From Puia sp. (GTDB lineage: Bacteria > Bacteroidota > Bacteroidia > Chitinophagales > Chitinophagaceae), in the NCBI GenBank assembly GCA_965214315.1, contig CBDCBP010000007.1:101877-165876 (forward strand): 64,000 bases of DNA. The letters are read 5' to 3'. The translations under genes were made by a program, and so were the position numbers. Each line of letters begins with the position of its first letter. The stretch's first letter is position 1. Positions 49,982-58,948 of this stretch are shown piece after piece. Under the pieces are notes generated by a model. The model was not told the origin of the DNA and ran no database searches. It saw nothing but the letters and a program-made list of their open reading frames with translations.

Positions 49982-50954
49982 CGGTCAACCCGATAACCCT
50001 AACCAACCCCCACCCGAGCGCCCCGGAGCGTCAACTCCGGGCGAAGCACCGTCGACCGCAGCTCAACCCAACGACTTAACCCCGGGCGAAGCAAAGACGA
50101 CCCCAGTTCACACCGGGACACCGGAACAACCGACGGGCCCCGAAGGCAATCGATGGGTCACCCGCTGGGGGGCCATCCGATCCGGTCTCGGCAAAGCCGC
50201 CGGCCACAGCCCGGACTTAACCCCGAACCAACAAGTCACCCGCCGCACCTTCGTAAGCTTCACTGCATTCACTCTATTAGGCGTGGCCGCATGGAAAAGC
50301 TGGTTCTGGATCAAGGACGGCGCCCAAAGCGACGGCGTCCAGGGCGTGCTGCGCAAGGGACTCAACGCCGACGACAGGATCTTCAAACATACGCTCTCCC
50401 GCAACCACTTGGCAAAGACCTACCCCATTTCCGAAGCAGCAACGAACGTGCGCTATAACAGCGGTCTAGGCCTCAGCACCGCCGGTTTCGACGCCGCTGC
50501 CTGGCGGCTCCAGGTCACTACGATAGACAACCGCACCCTGACCATCAGCATCGATGACCTTAAACGCCTTCCCAAAACCGAGTTCGCCTTCGAATTCAAA
50601 TGCATCGAGGGCTGGAGCCAGATCTCGTGGTGGGGCGGTTGCCGCTTCAGCGACTTCATACGGCAGTATGGCCTGACCGCCGAAACCGCCCTCGACTACG
50701 TCGGCCTCAGTACTCCCGACGACTTATATTACGCCGGTATCGACATGCCAAGCGCCATGCACCCGCAGACCCTCCTATGTTATGAAATGAACGGCAAGCC
50801 CCTGGAGGTCCGCCACGGCGCCCCCCTTCGGCTTATCATACCCATCAAATACGGTGTAAAAAATCTCAAACGGATCGGCAAAATGCACTTCAGCAACGAC
50901 CGACCCCGCGACTACTGGTTCGAACGGGGTTATGACTACTACTGCGGGCTATAG
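49974..50954 (+). CDS. Molybdopterin-dependent oxidoreductase, sulfite-oxidase family (MsrP/YuiH-like)
   Basis: The start MTDGQP at 49974 overlaps the upstream stop. It contains FKCIEGWSQ (Mo-Cys), HPQTLLCYEMNGKPL..HGAPLRL..P.KYG.K and a twin-Arg segment TRRTFVSF. Confidence 0.9.
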   Translation: MTDGQPDNPNQPPPERPGASTPGEAPSTAAQPNDLTPGEAKTTPVHTGTPEQPTGPEGNRWVTRWGAIRSGLGKAAGHSPDLTPNQQVTRRTFVSFTAFTLLGVAAWKSWFWIKDGAQSDGVQGVLRKGLNADDRIFKHTLSRNHLAKTYPISEAATNVRYNSGLGLSTAGFDAAAWRLQVTTIDNRTLTISIDDLKRLPKTEFAFEFKCIEGWSQISWWGGCRFSDFIRQYGLTAETALDYVGLSTPDDLYYAGIDMPSAMHPQTLLCYEMNGKPLEVRHGAPLRLIIPIKYGVKNLKRIGKMHFSNDRPRDYWFERGYDYYCGL

Positions 50955-50958
50955 CGCT

Positions 50959-51573
50959 TCAACGCCATCCATGCCCGATCATCTGATCCTCCCACTGCCG
51001 CTCACTGACAGGCGCAAAAAGAAAAGTTCTTTTACCCGTCGCGCTCCGTTCCACAAATTCGATGCGTTTTGCATATAATTCCTCGAACAATGCACCCAGT
51101 TGTTGCACATGCTCCGGGTCGGGCAGATAGAACTGCCACTCCTGCTTCGCGTTACCAAAAGTGAAATTCAAATAATTGTTCATCCCATTCAGGATCCCAT
51201 TATTCCTGGAATACCTCGACCTCGACACATACCCGTCGGGGTCCAACATGCCATCATACCCTTCAACCTGGAACACTATAGCGCTTATTTGAGCAAGCGG
51301 AAACGTTGTTTCCCCAATTTTGACCTCCTTGACATTGAATACCATATCTGTCGCCGATACATCGATCAGGTCTACATCCCCTTTTGCCAAAAACGCTCCT
51401 ACTAACAGCATGACAACCGCCACACCAAATAACCAGAAACCAATTTGACGATACTTGTCAATGCACATGAGGATCAAAGCCAGGAACACCAATCCCCCGC
51501 CGGCCCAAACGATCCTGGCCTTCGGATTGCTGTTCCCCTCGATTATTTTTGTTTGAAATTCCATTAATGTCAA
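50959..51573 (-). CDS. Hypothetical 2-TM membrane protein, paralogue 3
   Basis: It starts MEFQTK, has two TM helices and a beta-rich domain, and ends FVERSATGKRTFLF...GHGWR. Confidence 0.85.
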   Translation of the reverse strand: MTLMEFQTKIIEGNSNPKARIVWAGGGLVFLALILMCIDKYRQIGFWLFGVAVVMLLVGAFLAKGDVDLIDVSATDMVFNVKEVKIGETTFPLAQISAIVFQVEGYDGMLDPDGYVSRSRYSRNNGILNGMNNYLNFTFGNAKQEWQFYLPDPEHVQQLGALFEELYAKRIEFVERSATGKRTFLFAPVSERQWEDQMIGHGWR

Positions 51574-51586
51574 ATGAACATAACAA

Positions 51587-52192
51587 CTACGAATATCCTT
51601 CTTCGCGCTTCGCTCGCTCGAATTGTTCTTTGTTCCTCACCTGCTCGAACAAAAATGTCCTTCCACCCCGATTCCTCTCCCTGAAACGTATCCCTTTTTG
51701 ATAGTACTCTCTAAACAACATCTCAAGTCGACGCATCGCTATAGGGTCTTCTAAAAAGAACCCAAACGAATACCTCTTCCCTTTGGCCGTAAAATATAGA
51801 TTGTTATCCGTACCACGAAGTGTAATGCGCCGCCACCTTATTCTGGGACCCGCCATGCCTTCATAGCTATTGACCAAAAAATCCAAATACTCCAATTCAT
51901 CTACCAGAAAGGTCTGGTCTCCGATCCTTATTTCATTGACGGAGATCATGATGTCCGTGCCCGTTACCAGGGGGCGGACTACTTTAAATCCTCTTAATAT
52001 CCATCCAACTAGCAACAAACAGAGTCCCGCTAGCGCCCCTATCGCCGCAGGTTCTTCGGAATATCTCATTTTTTCCGCTACGCTCACCAGTACACCACAC
52101 ACGAGCATAAGTATGCCCCCTGCCTCCGACAACCTAACTCTTATATCATTCTGATGCTTTACCGATTTGGTCCAAAATTGCATGGGCTCCAT
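51587..52192 (-). CDS. Hypothetical 2-TM membrane protein, paralogue 2
   Basis: It starts MQFWTK, has two TM helices, and ends FRERNRGGRTFLF...EGYS. Confidence 0.85.
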   Translation of the reverse strand: MEPMQFWTKSVKHQNDIRVRLSEAGGILMLVCGVLVSVAEKMRYSEEPAAIGALAGLCLLLVGWILRGFKVVRPLVTGTDIMISVNEIRIGDQTFLVDELEYLDFLVNSYEGMAGPRIRWRRITLRGTDNNLYFTAKGKRYSFGFFLEDPIAMRRLEMLFREYYQKGIRFRERNRGGRTFLFEQVRNKEQFERAKREEGYS

Positions 52193-52291
52193 AAAAGGTG
52201 ATGCTTTTTCTCCTAGAGCTTAAGATCTAAAAAAGTCATTCTGCCTGGTGAGTTTGGTCTGGATGGATGGGCCGCCGGCCGCGGCACCCAA

Positions 52292-52600
52292 TCAAGGCTT
52301 GACCACAGTCCTGAAACGCTGAAAACTCTTCTCGAAATCCGTACTGATCGTCAGCGTCTTCAGCCGCTCCTCAATGCTGGTCTTCAATTTTCTGTCGCCA
52401 ACCGCCATCTTCTGGCTCCGGCTCAATGCGTCCTTGTACAACTTGATGGCCAACTCCTCTTCGCCGTTATTCTCAGCCTGCATCGCCTCACAATAGCGAT
52501 TGAACAAATCCGACTTCTTCCGTTGCCGCAAAAAGGCGACGAATCCCAAAAAGACCACCAATGCCGCACCTAACAATTCGAAAAGAGTAATAGCTGTCAT
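52292..52600 (-). CDS. Small single-TM protein with a TPR-like helix pair
   Basis: The likely start is MTAITLFELL at 52600, which avoids overlap with the upstream gene. The TM is followed by YCEAMQAENNGEEELAIKLYKDAL. Confidence 0.7.
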   Translation of the reverse strand: MTAITLFELLGAALVVFLGFVAFLRQRKKSDLFNRYCEAMQAENNGEEELAIKLYKDALSRSQKMAVGDRKLKTSIEERLKTLTISTDFEKSFQRFRTVVKP

Positions 52601-52622
52601 CCTTTCAAGATACACATTCTTT

Positions 52623-53207
52623 TCAATGGTACCCATACCTTTTCTTGAACTCCGCCAATTCCCGCTCATTCAAAGCCTGAAACAAATAAGTGCGCTTACC
52701 CCGATTGCGCTCGACAAACGGTATATGCGCTCTGTAAAACGCATCGAACAACACCCCCAACTGCGCCACATGATCCTTACTATCGAGGTAAAATCCACAA
52801 GCCACCTTTGCCCCACCCGCCTTGAAACTCAAGCCATTCGTCATACCATCAGAGTTGCTCCCCGACACCATCGCTCCGTCATTAACATATAAGCCATTAT
52901 AAGCCTCCACATTAAAATCCATATCCGTGATCAGCTTGAAAGGATAATAGACCATACCCACAGTAATACCCTCCCCGCTGATCACCAGGTCCTGCGGCGA
53001 AAGCCCGTAATACCGGACATCGCCCCGCGCGATCACCGCCCCTATCACCACTACGGCAATTCCAGTTCCAAAAACATAGGGGATATAATCTTCCGCAGGA
53101 GGAATAAACACCAACACCAACGAAAGCGCGGCAATGACCAGCCCAGCATAGGCGATATATGCCCTGGGATTGCGGCGACGGATAACGATTTTCGTACGGA
53201 ATTCCAT
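52623..53207 (-). CDS. Hypothetical 2-TM membrane protein, paralogue 1
   Basis: It starts MEFRTK, has two TM helices, and ends FVERNRGKRTYLF...YGYH. Confidence 0.85.
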   Translation of the reverse strand: MEFRTKIVIRRRNPRAYIAYAGLVIAALSLVLVFIPPAEDYIPYVFGTGIAVVVIGAVIARGDVRYYGLSPQDLVISGEGITVGMVYYPFKLITDMDFNVEAYNGLYVNDGAMVSGSNSDGMTNGLSFKAGGAKVACGFYLDSKDHVAQLGVLFDAFYRAHIPFVERNRGKRTYLFQALNERELAEFKKRYGYH

Positions 53208-53215
53208 ACCCGAAT

Positions 53216-54415
53216 TTACAATTTTTCATAGATAACCGCCGCACCCTGTCCGACCCCTACGCACATCGTCGCCAGCCCATACCGCACTCCGGCCCTTCGC
53301 CCCATTTCATGGAGCAAAGTCGTACTGATGCGCACCCCACTACACCCCAACGGATGCCCGATAGCGATCGACCCGCCATTGACATTCACCAGCCCGGGGT
53401 CAACCCCCAGTTCCTGCTGACACACCAACACCTGCACCGCAAAAGCCTCATTCAACTCCGCAAGTCCGAGATCGGCAACACCAAGGCCGGCCCTGCCAAG
53501 CGCCTTCTGCGTCGCAGGTATAGGCCCCACCCCCATGATGGAAGGATCTACACCAGCCACCGCCATGCTCACCACCCGTGCCTTTGGCTTCAACCCAAAC
53601 CGCTTTACCGCATCCTCCGAAGCCAGCAGCATAGCCGCGGCGCCATCGTTGATACCCGCCGCATTCCCCGCTGTCACCGAGCCATCCTTCAAAAATGCCG
53701 GCCGCAACGCCGCCAGTTTCTCCAATGATGTAGAACGCGGCTGCTCGTCGGCGCCAAAATAGAGCTTCTCTTCTTTCCCTCCTAACACTTCCACAGGCGC
53801 CAGCTCATCCACCCAGCGCCCCGCAGCCAGCGCAGCAAAATACTTCTCCTGCGAAGCCAGTCCAAAAACATCCTGCGCCTCCCGCGACACCTTCCATTGT
53901 TTAGCCACATTCTCCGCCGTCTCACCCATACTGTAGGGGTGATATTGCGCGGCAAGCCGCCTATTCACAAACCGCCATCCGATAGTAGAATCAAACATTT
54001 CATTCTGCCGCGAATAGGCATGGGAGGATTTACCCAGCACGAACGGCGCCCGCGTCATGCTCTCAACTCCACTGGCAATAAATACGTCACCATCCCCGCA
54101 CGCAATCGCCCGGGAGGCATCCATCACGGCTTGCAACCCGGAAGCACAAAGCCGGTTTACCGTCGTTCCCGGCACCGTCACCGGCAGCCCCGCCAGCAGC
54201 GCCGCCATCCTCGCTACATTGCGGTTATCTTCTCCTGCTTGATTAGCGTCTCCCGCGATCACATCCTCGATGGCCGCAGGGTCCACCCCGGCATTACGCT
54301 GGAGCAACACCTTGATCACATGGGCGAGCAGGTCGTCCGGGCGGATGGAAGCCAGCACTCCACCATATTTGCCAATAGGTGTTCGCACGGCATCAATAAC
54401 ATATACGGCATTCAT
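53216..54415 (-). CDS. Acetyl-CoA C-acyltransferase (thiolase, PcaF/PaaJ-like)
   Basis: It contains [34 protein letters not shown] and CVGVGQG. Confidence 0.96.
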   Translation of the reverse strand: MNAVYVIDAVRTPIGKYGGVLASIRPDDLLAHVIKVLLQRNAGVDPAAIEDVIAGDANQAGEDNRNVARMAALLAGLPVTVPGTTVNRLCASGLQAVMDASRAIACGDGDVFIASGVESMTRAPFVLGKSSHAYSRQNEMFDSTIGWRFVNRRLAAQYHPYSMGETAENVAKQWKVSREAQDVFGLASQEKYFAALAAGRWVDELAPVEVLGGKEEKLYFGADEQPRSTSLEKLAALRPAFLKDGSVTAGNAAGINDGAAAMLLASEDAVKRFGLKPKARVVSMAVAGVDPSIMGVGPIPATQKALGRAGLGVADLGLAELNEAFAVQVLVCQQELGVDPGLVNVNGGSIAIGHPLGCSGVRISTTLLHEMGRRAGVRYGLATMCVGVGQGAAVIYEKL

Positions 54416-54560
54416 TTCCTGTCAATTTAGCGTGGCAAGTTACACGAATTCCAATTATATGGAAGCGATGGCGTCTGTCGGCAAAAACCTGCCGCCCGTT
54501 GAATTTCCCCATGGCCTTCCAAAGGCAAACCCATAACTTTAAATAAAACAATTCTTTGCC

Positions 54561-55343
54561 ATGGGTTCACAAGCTATGCAGGCCGCACTTTGGGGAAGGC
54601 ACGCATCCGACTGGGCCACGATCCAGGAAGCTACAAGCAAGTCCAATTATGACTACGCTTTGCAGCAACTGCAGCTCACCCCCGCAGACACCTTGCTCGA
54701 CATAGGCTGTGGCGCCGGCCTCTTCTGCCACCTCGCGGCAGGCACCGGAGCAGCGGTAACCGGTTTCGACGCCACCGAACCACTCCTCGAACAGGCCAGA
54801 AAACGCTCGCCCAACCTGACATTCATTGCCGGTGAAATGGAGGCCCTTCCCTTTCCCGACGCCGGCTTCGACGTCGTCACAGGATTCAACTCTTTTCAAT
54901 ACGCCGCCAGCGTTCCCAACGCCTTCGAAGAAGCAAAACGCGTCCTCAAGCCGGGCGGGCGGCTGCTGGTGATGATCTGGGGCGACAAGAAAGATTGTGA
55001 AGCCGCCAGCTACCTTGCCACCATCGGCAGCCTGCTCCCACCACCACCTCCGGGCGCTCCGGGCCCCTTCGCGCTGTCAGAAAGTAAGCGCCTCGAGCAT
55101 TTGCTCACCGAAGCCGGCTTCCACATCACCGGCAGCGCCGATATTCCTACCATCTGGAATTTCCCCAATACCGACATCACCCTCAAAGGCCTGATGTCGG
55201 CAGGCCCCGCCACACGCGCCATCGATCACAGCGGTTTCGACAAAGTCCATAGTACGCTCTCAGAAGCGATAAAGCCATACGTCAAGCCCAACGGAAACGT
55301 CGTCTATAACAATACTTTTCGCATCGTGACAGCCACCAAATAG
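54561..55343 (+). CDS. Class I SAM-dependent methyltransferase
   Basis: It contains LLDIGCGAGLF, EALPFPDAGFDVV and KRVLKPGGRL. Confidence 0.95.
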   Translation: MGSQAMQAALWGRHASDWATIQEATSKSNYDYALQQLQLTPADTLLDIGCGAGLFCHLAAGTGAAVTGFDATEPLLEQARKRSPNLTFIAGEMEALPFPDAGFDVVTGFNSFQYAASVPNAFEEAKRVLKPGGRLLVMIWGDKKDCEAASYLATIGSLLPPPPPGAPGPFALSESKRLEHLLTEAGFHITGSADIPTIWNFPNTDITLKGLMSAGPATRAIDHSGFDKVHSTLSEAIKPYVKPNGNVVYNNTFRIVTATK

Positions 55344-55362
55344 GACATATCCGCTGATAAGA

Positions 55363-55434
55363 GACGGCCACCAAACAAGACACAGCCACCAAACAAGACA
55401 CCGCCACCAAACGAGACACAGCCACCAAATAAAA
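55363..55434 (+). repeat. Intergenic 18-bp tandem repeat, 4 copies (CACAGCCACCAAACAAGA-like)
   Basis: The units are gacggccaccaaacaaga, cacagccaccaaacaaga, caccgccaccaaacgaga and cacagccaccaaataaaa. They match the last codons of the methyltransferase gene (gacagccaccaaatag, 55328-55343). Confidence 0.9.
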
Positions 55435-55458
55435 AAGACCGCCCACCCGGACGGCCCC
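55431..55458 (-). terminator. Intrinsic terminator of the lactonase-like gene
   Basis: The minus strand has GGCCGTCC-GGGT-GGGCGGTC followed by T6. Confidence 0.6.
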
Positions 55459-55486
55459 TCGACTAATATATCGGCACCGCGAAAGG

Positions 55487-56740
55487 TCAACGCGTCGCCA
55501 CCCCTAAAGGCCTCACATCGGCACCCACCGGCAACTGCAACGGGTCGGCAGGCTCCGTCAACTCCCCATCCGCCGCTACCTTTAAAGCATGCAAAAAATT
55601 AAAGTTCCCCACCTTGGCGGCATTAATATCTTGGCTCACGACATAAAGCGTTTTCCCGTCCGGCGAAAAATTAAGTGCAAAATCCGCGCTCGAGATCGGA
55701 CTGCCGCCGTCTTTTAATACCAGCTTGCTGATAAAGGCAGGCGACGCAGGACTTGCCAGACTATACGCACCCACCGAGTTCTCCCCAGAGTTCAGCACAT
55801 ACAAGTGACGCCCATCCATATCCGTCCGTAGCCAACAGGCCGCGGCTCCTGCGCTCACGGTATTCTTTAGTGAAAGGGCGCCCGTCGACTCGTCGATCCT
55901 GTACACCCCAACCGCACTGGCCACAGGGAAACCGACGTACAGGAAGGGGTATGACGGATTGGTTGCCAGCCCAAGCGCACCACCATCGGCCGCAGGAAGG
56001 GCGTAAGGAGCACCCGGCGCCCAATTCAACCCACCAAAACCCGAAAGATCGAAAGATACCAGCGTTCCCACAGGCTGCTCGTCCTTAGCCCCCAGCATGA
56101 AACCCAAAAAATCAGTGGCAAACAAAAAACGATGGTCGTTGGAGACCAAGACCTGCGAGGGAGCACTCCCTGCGGCCACCTCTATTTTGCTTCCCCGCAC
56201 TTCTTCCAGCCTACCCCTACCATCGATCGTAAAGGACACGTAGTTCGGCAGTTCGGTGATCGTATGCAACGGATCGAGACTTTTATTCGCCACATACACA
56301 AACCTGCCATTCACAGCAACGCTGCACGGCGTCTGCCCGCCCGATGCAAAAGGACTCCCAGCCACCGGACTCAAAGAACCATCCCGATCGATTGCAAAAA
56401 CTGCCACCGTATTGCTTCCCCCATTCACAGCCAACAAATACTGACCATCAGGACTAACGACCAGGGGATCGTCGGTATCATCAGGCCCCAACGCCTCGCC
56501 CGGATTGCCGACTCCGGCCCCGGAAGTCAAAAAAGGACTGCCAGGGAGCGGCACCATAGAACCGTCAGGCTTATGACGATAGGCCAACACAGCATTGGCG
56601 CCTTCGTGATAATCATTGCTCAGTACATAAACGATCTTTCCTTCAGCGGCGCCTGTGACCCCGCCGGGATTCTTAGTGCAGGCAAATAGTGTGACGCAGG
56701 CCGATGCGCCTAAAAAGCAGTTGAGTAAACGCGAGTTCAT
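55487..56740 (-). CDS. Lactonase-family (YbhE/3-carboxymuconate cyclase-like) beta-propeller lipoprotein
   Basis: The start MNSRLL at 56740 carries the lipobox LFAC. Blade repeats include SPDGQYLLAVNGGSNTV, GRFVYVAN, GRHLYVLNSG and FSPDGKTLYVV. Confidence 0.85.
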   Translation of the reverse strand: MNSRLLNCFLGASACVTLFACTKNPGGVTGAAEGKIVYVLSNDYHEGANAVLAYRHKPDGSMVPLPGSPFLTSGAGVGNPGEALGPDDTDDPLVVSPDGQYLLAVNGGSNTVAVFAIDRDGSLSPVAGSPFASGGQTPCSVAVNGRFVYVANKSLDPLHTITELPNYVSFTIDGRGRLEEVRGSKIEVAAGSAPSQVLVSNDHRFLFATDFLGFMLGAKDEQPVGTLVSFDLSGFGGLNWAPGAPYALPAADGGALGLATNPSYPFLYVGFPVASAVGVYRIDESTGALSLKNTVSAGAAACWLRTDMDGRHLYVLNSGENSVGAYSLASPASPAFISKLVLKDGGSPISSADFALNFSPDGKTLYVVSQDINAAKVGNFNFLHALKVAADGELTEPADPLQLPVGADVRPLGVATR

Positions 56741-56795
56741 AAAAATAATTTTTACAAAGTACGCGCAGCCCAAACTGGAAGTGATCACGGAATGA

Positions 56796-58112
56796 TCACA
56801 AGACTGTACCAAAAGTATGCACGGGCATCCTCACCCAAAAACAATTGAGCCCTTCCCGCGACTCCGCCCGAAACCCATATCCATGAAGCGAAAGCATCTT
56901 CCTCACGATCGTCAACCCGATCGCCGGAACCGCTGGCCGACTCGCCCCGGTCTCATTCGTCCAAGCCAAAAGGTCCGCCGCCAAAGCCCTGCCTTGGTTC
57001 TCAATCCGAAAGACAAGCACCGCACCGTCGCGCTCGAGCACGACCGCGATCTTTCCCCCTACCGGCGTATATGCCAAAGCATTGACCACAAGATTCTGCA
57101 GCACCCGCTCCATCATCGCGATATCCGCGTCGATCCACGTCCCGTCTTCCATCCCCCGCTGCTCGATCCGGCCCTGCGCGCCCACGGCTCCCAACACCTC
57201 TCCCAGCATTTCCGAAAAGACAAACGGCTCCCGCTTAGGCTCGAAACTCGGCGACTCGATCTTCGCCAACTCGAAAAGCTGATTCACCATCCCTTCTACC
57301 TGTCTGATCTTCCCCACCACCAGCTCCATATATTCCCGCTCCTCTTCAGGCTTGAGTTCCCCTCGCTTCAACAACAAGGTCTCCCCATACCCAAGGGCGA
57401 TCGCCAACGGCGTACGCAGGTCGTGCGACAAATTCACGATAAAATCACCCTGCCGGAACCGCTTCCCCATTACATTCACCAACTCGTCGAATCTTATCCG
57501 CATCCGCTGCAGGTAAAGTATGGTCACCAGTAACGAGAGTGCAAGCACCGCCGCCACGGTGATCAGTACCGTCGGCGTTACCTGGCTGCTGTACAACATC
57601 TGCGCTACCGACCGGTACTGCTGATTCCCTAACACCACATATATATACCCGACAAGTCCCCCCTCTCCCTCCACCGCAGCCGCTGAGAAGATCTTGCGAT
57701 GCGCCGGATCACGCGGATCCGGCCCGGTGATATGCTTGGTCCCCCCACGCAGCAGATAAAAACGAATATCGTCCAACGGGATCACAGGACTCTTGATCTC
57801 CTCAGGCGAACCATGATAATAGATCACCCGCCCGGATGTATCCAGGAAATATACCTCGGCGCTCGGACTGATCACCATGGCATCGTAAAAAACGGAGTCC
57901 GCCTTATGCTTGTCAAAACCTTCCCGCCCATACGGCGAGATAAACCGCGCTATATGCGAAGCAACATCCTTGTTTAATAATTGCGTGCTCGCCTCATAAA
58001 AATTGGTGGTGGCCAGGTAAGTAACGCCCGTGAATACCACGCAAAGCAGCGCCGTCAAAAGGAAAACGACAAGATAGATCTGCCGGAAAAGCGAAAAAGG
58101 TGACTTGTTCAT
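56796..58112 (-). CDS. Sensor histidine kinase (HisKA + HATPase), atypical
   Basis: It has two TM helices around a periplasmic domain, the H-box LSHDLRTPL and the N-box RVLQNLVVNALAY. The G boxes are degenerate. Confidence 0.88.
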   Translation of the reverse strand: MNKSPFSLFRQIYLVVFLLTALLCVVFTGVTYLATTNFYEASTQLLNKDVASHIARFISPYGREGFDKHKADSVFYDAMVISPSAEVYFLDTSGRVIYYHGSPEEIKSPVIPLDDIRFYLLRGGTKHITGPDPRDPAHRKIFSAAAVEGEGGLVGYIYVVLGNQQYRSVAQMLYSSQVTPTVLITVAAVLALSLLVTILYLQRMRIRFDELVNVMGKRFRQGDFIVNLSHDLRTPLAIALGYGETLLLKRGELKPEEEREYMELVVGKIRQVEGMVNQLFELAKIESPSFEPKREPFVFSEMLGEVLGAVGAQGRIEQRGMEDGTWIDADIAMMERVLQNLVVNALAYTPVGGKIAVVLERDGAVLVFRIENQGRALAADLLAWTNETGASRPAVPAIGLTIVRKMLSLHGYGFRAESREGLNCFWVRMPVHTFGTVL

Positions 58113-58810
58113 TCCGCAAACCGGTAACCGGCTCCCCAGGTGGTTAGTATGTATGCAGGCTTGTTTAAGTTGGCCTCGATCTTAATGCGCAGCCGGTTGA
58201 TATGCGAAGTGACCGTATGCTCATATTCCTGGAAGGCGAAACCCCAGATCATCTCCAGCACCTCATGACGGCTGAACGTCTTTCCCGGATGAGCCGCCAA
58301 CAGCCACAGCAGATCGAATTCCTTTGGCGTCAGTTCCAGGCGGTTTCCCCTTACCGTTACCTTCCGTTTTTGCCGGTCGATCACCAGTTCCCGGAAAAAA
58401 ATTGAATTTGCATCACTCTTTTCTTCCTGCTCCCCGGCCCCAACCATTGCGCCACGCCGCAACAAGGCCTTCGTCCGCGCCATAAGTTCCGCTACCCCAA
58501 AAGGCTTCGTCAGGTAATCATCGGCCCCCAGCTCCAGCGCCAACACCTTGTCCATCTCCTCGCCCATCGCACTTAACATCAGGATCGGCGTCCGGCTGTC
58601 GCTTCGCCGTATCTTCTTACAAAACTCAACGCCATTGCCATCCGGCAACAGGATGTCCAACACGATGAGGTCGAAATTTTCCTTCGCCAGCCATTCCAAT
58701 GCCGTTGCCCCCTTATCACAGGCTGTCATCGAAAATGCAGGGGCCTGAAAATGCAGGGTCAACAGGTTCGTAATAGAAGGGTCGTCCTCGACCAGCAGTA
58801 TACGGTTCAT
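58109..58810 (-). CDS. OmpR-family response regulator
   Basis: The start MNRILLVEDD at 58810 is followed by LDILLP, GADDYLTKPF, LTPKEFDLL and ILTTWGAGYRF. Confidence 0.97.
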   Translation of the reverse strand: MNRILLVEDDPSITNLLTLHFQAPAFSMTACDKGATALEWLAKENFDLIVLDILLPDGNGVEFCKKIRRSDSRTPILMLSAMGEEMDKVLALELGADDYLTKPFGVAELMARTKALLRRGAMVGAGEQEEKSDANSIFFRELVIDRQKRKVTVRGNRLELTPKEFDLLWLLAAHPGKTFSRHEVLEMIWGFAFQEYEHTVTSHINRLRIKIEANLNKPAYILTTWGAGYRFAE

Positions 58811-58927
58811 ATAAAAAAGTAAGCGTGAACGATGTACCGCAAATTTATCGAACCCTGGCCATACCAAATATCATAGATTCCTCACGCCGCGTCCGCCCGC
58901 CGGCGGATGCCCCGGCCAAAAAAATCG

Positions 58928-58935
58928 TACCTTTG
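58928..58935 (+). promoter_or_regulatory. -7 promoter box of rlmN
   Basis: TACCTTTG lies 13 nt before the ATG at 58949. Confidence 0.55.
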
Positions 58936-58948
58936 CTTCGTGAAAACG

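Noticed and set aside
55363-55434. CRISPR-like repeats
   Set aside because: The units are contiguous 18-mers with no spacers, so this is a simple tandem repeat.
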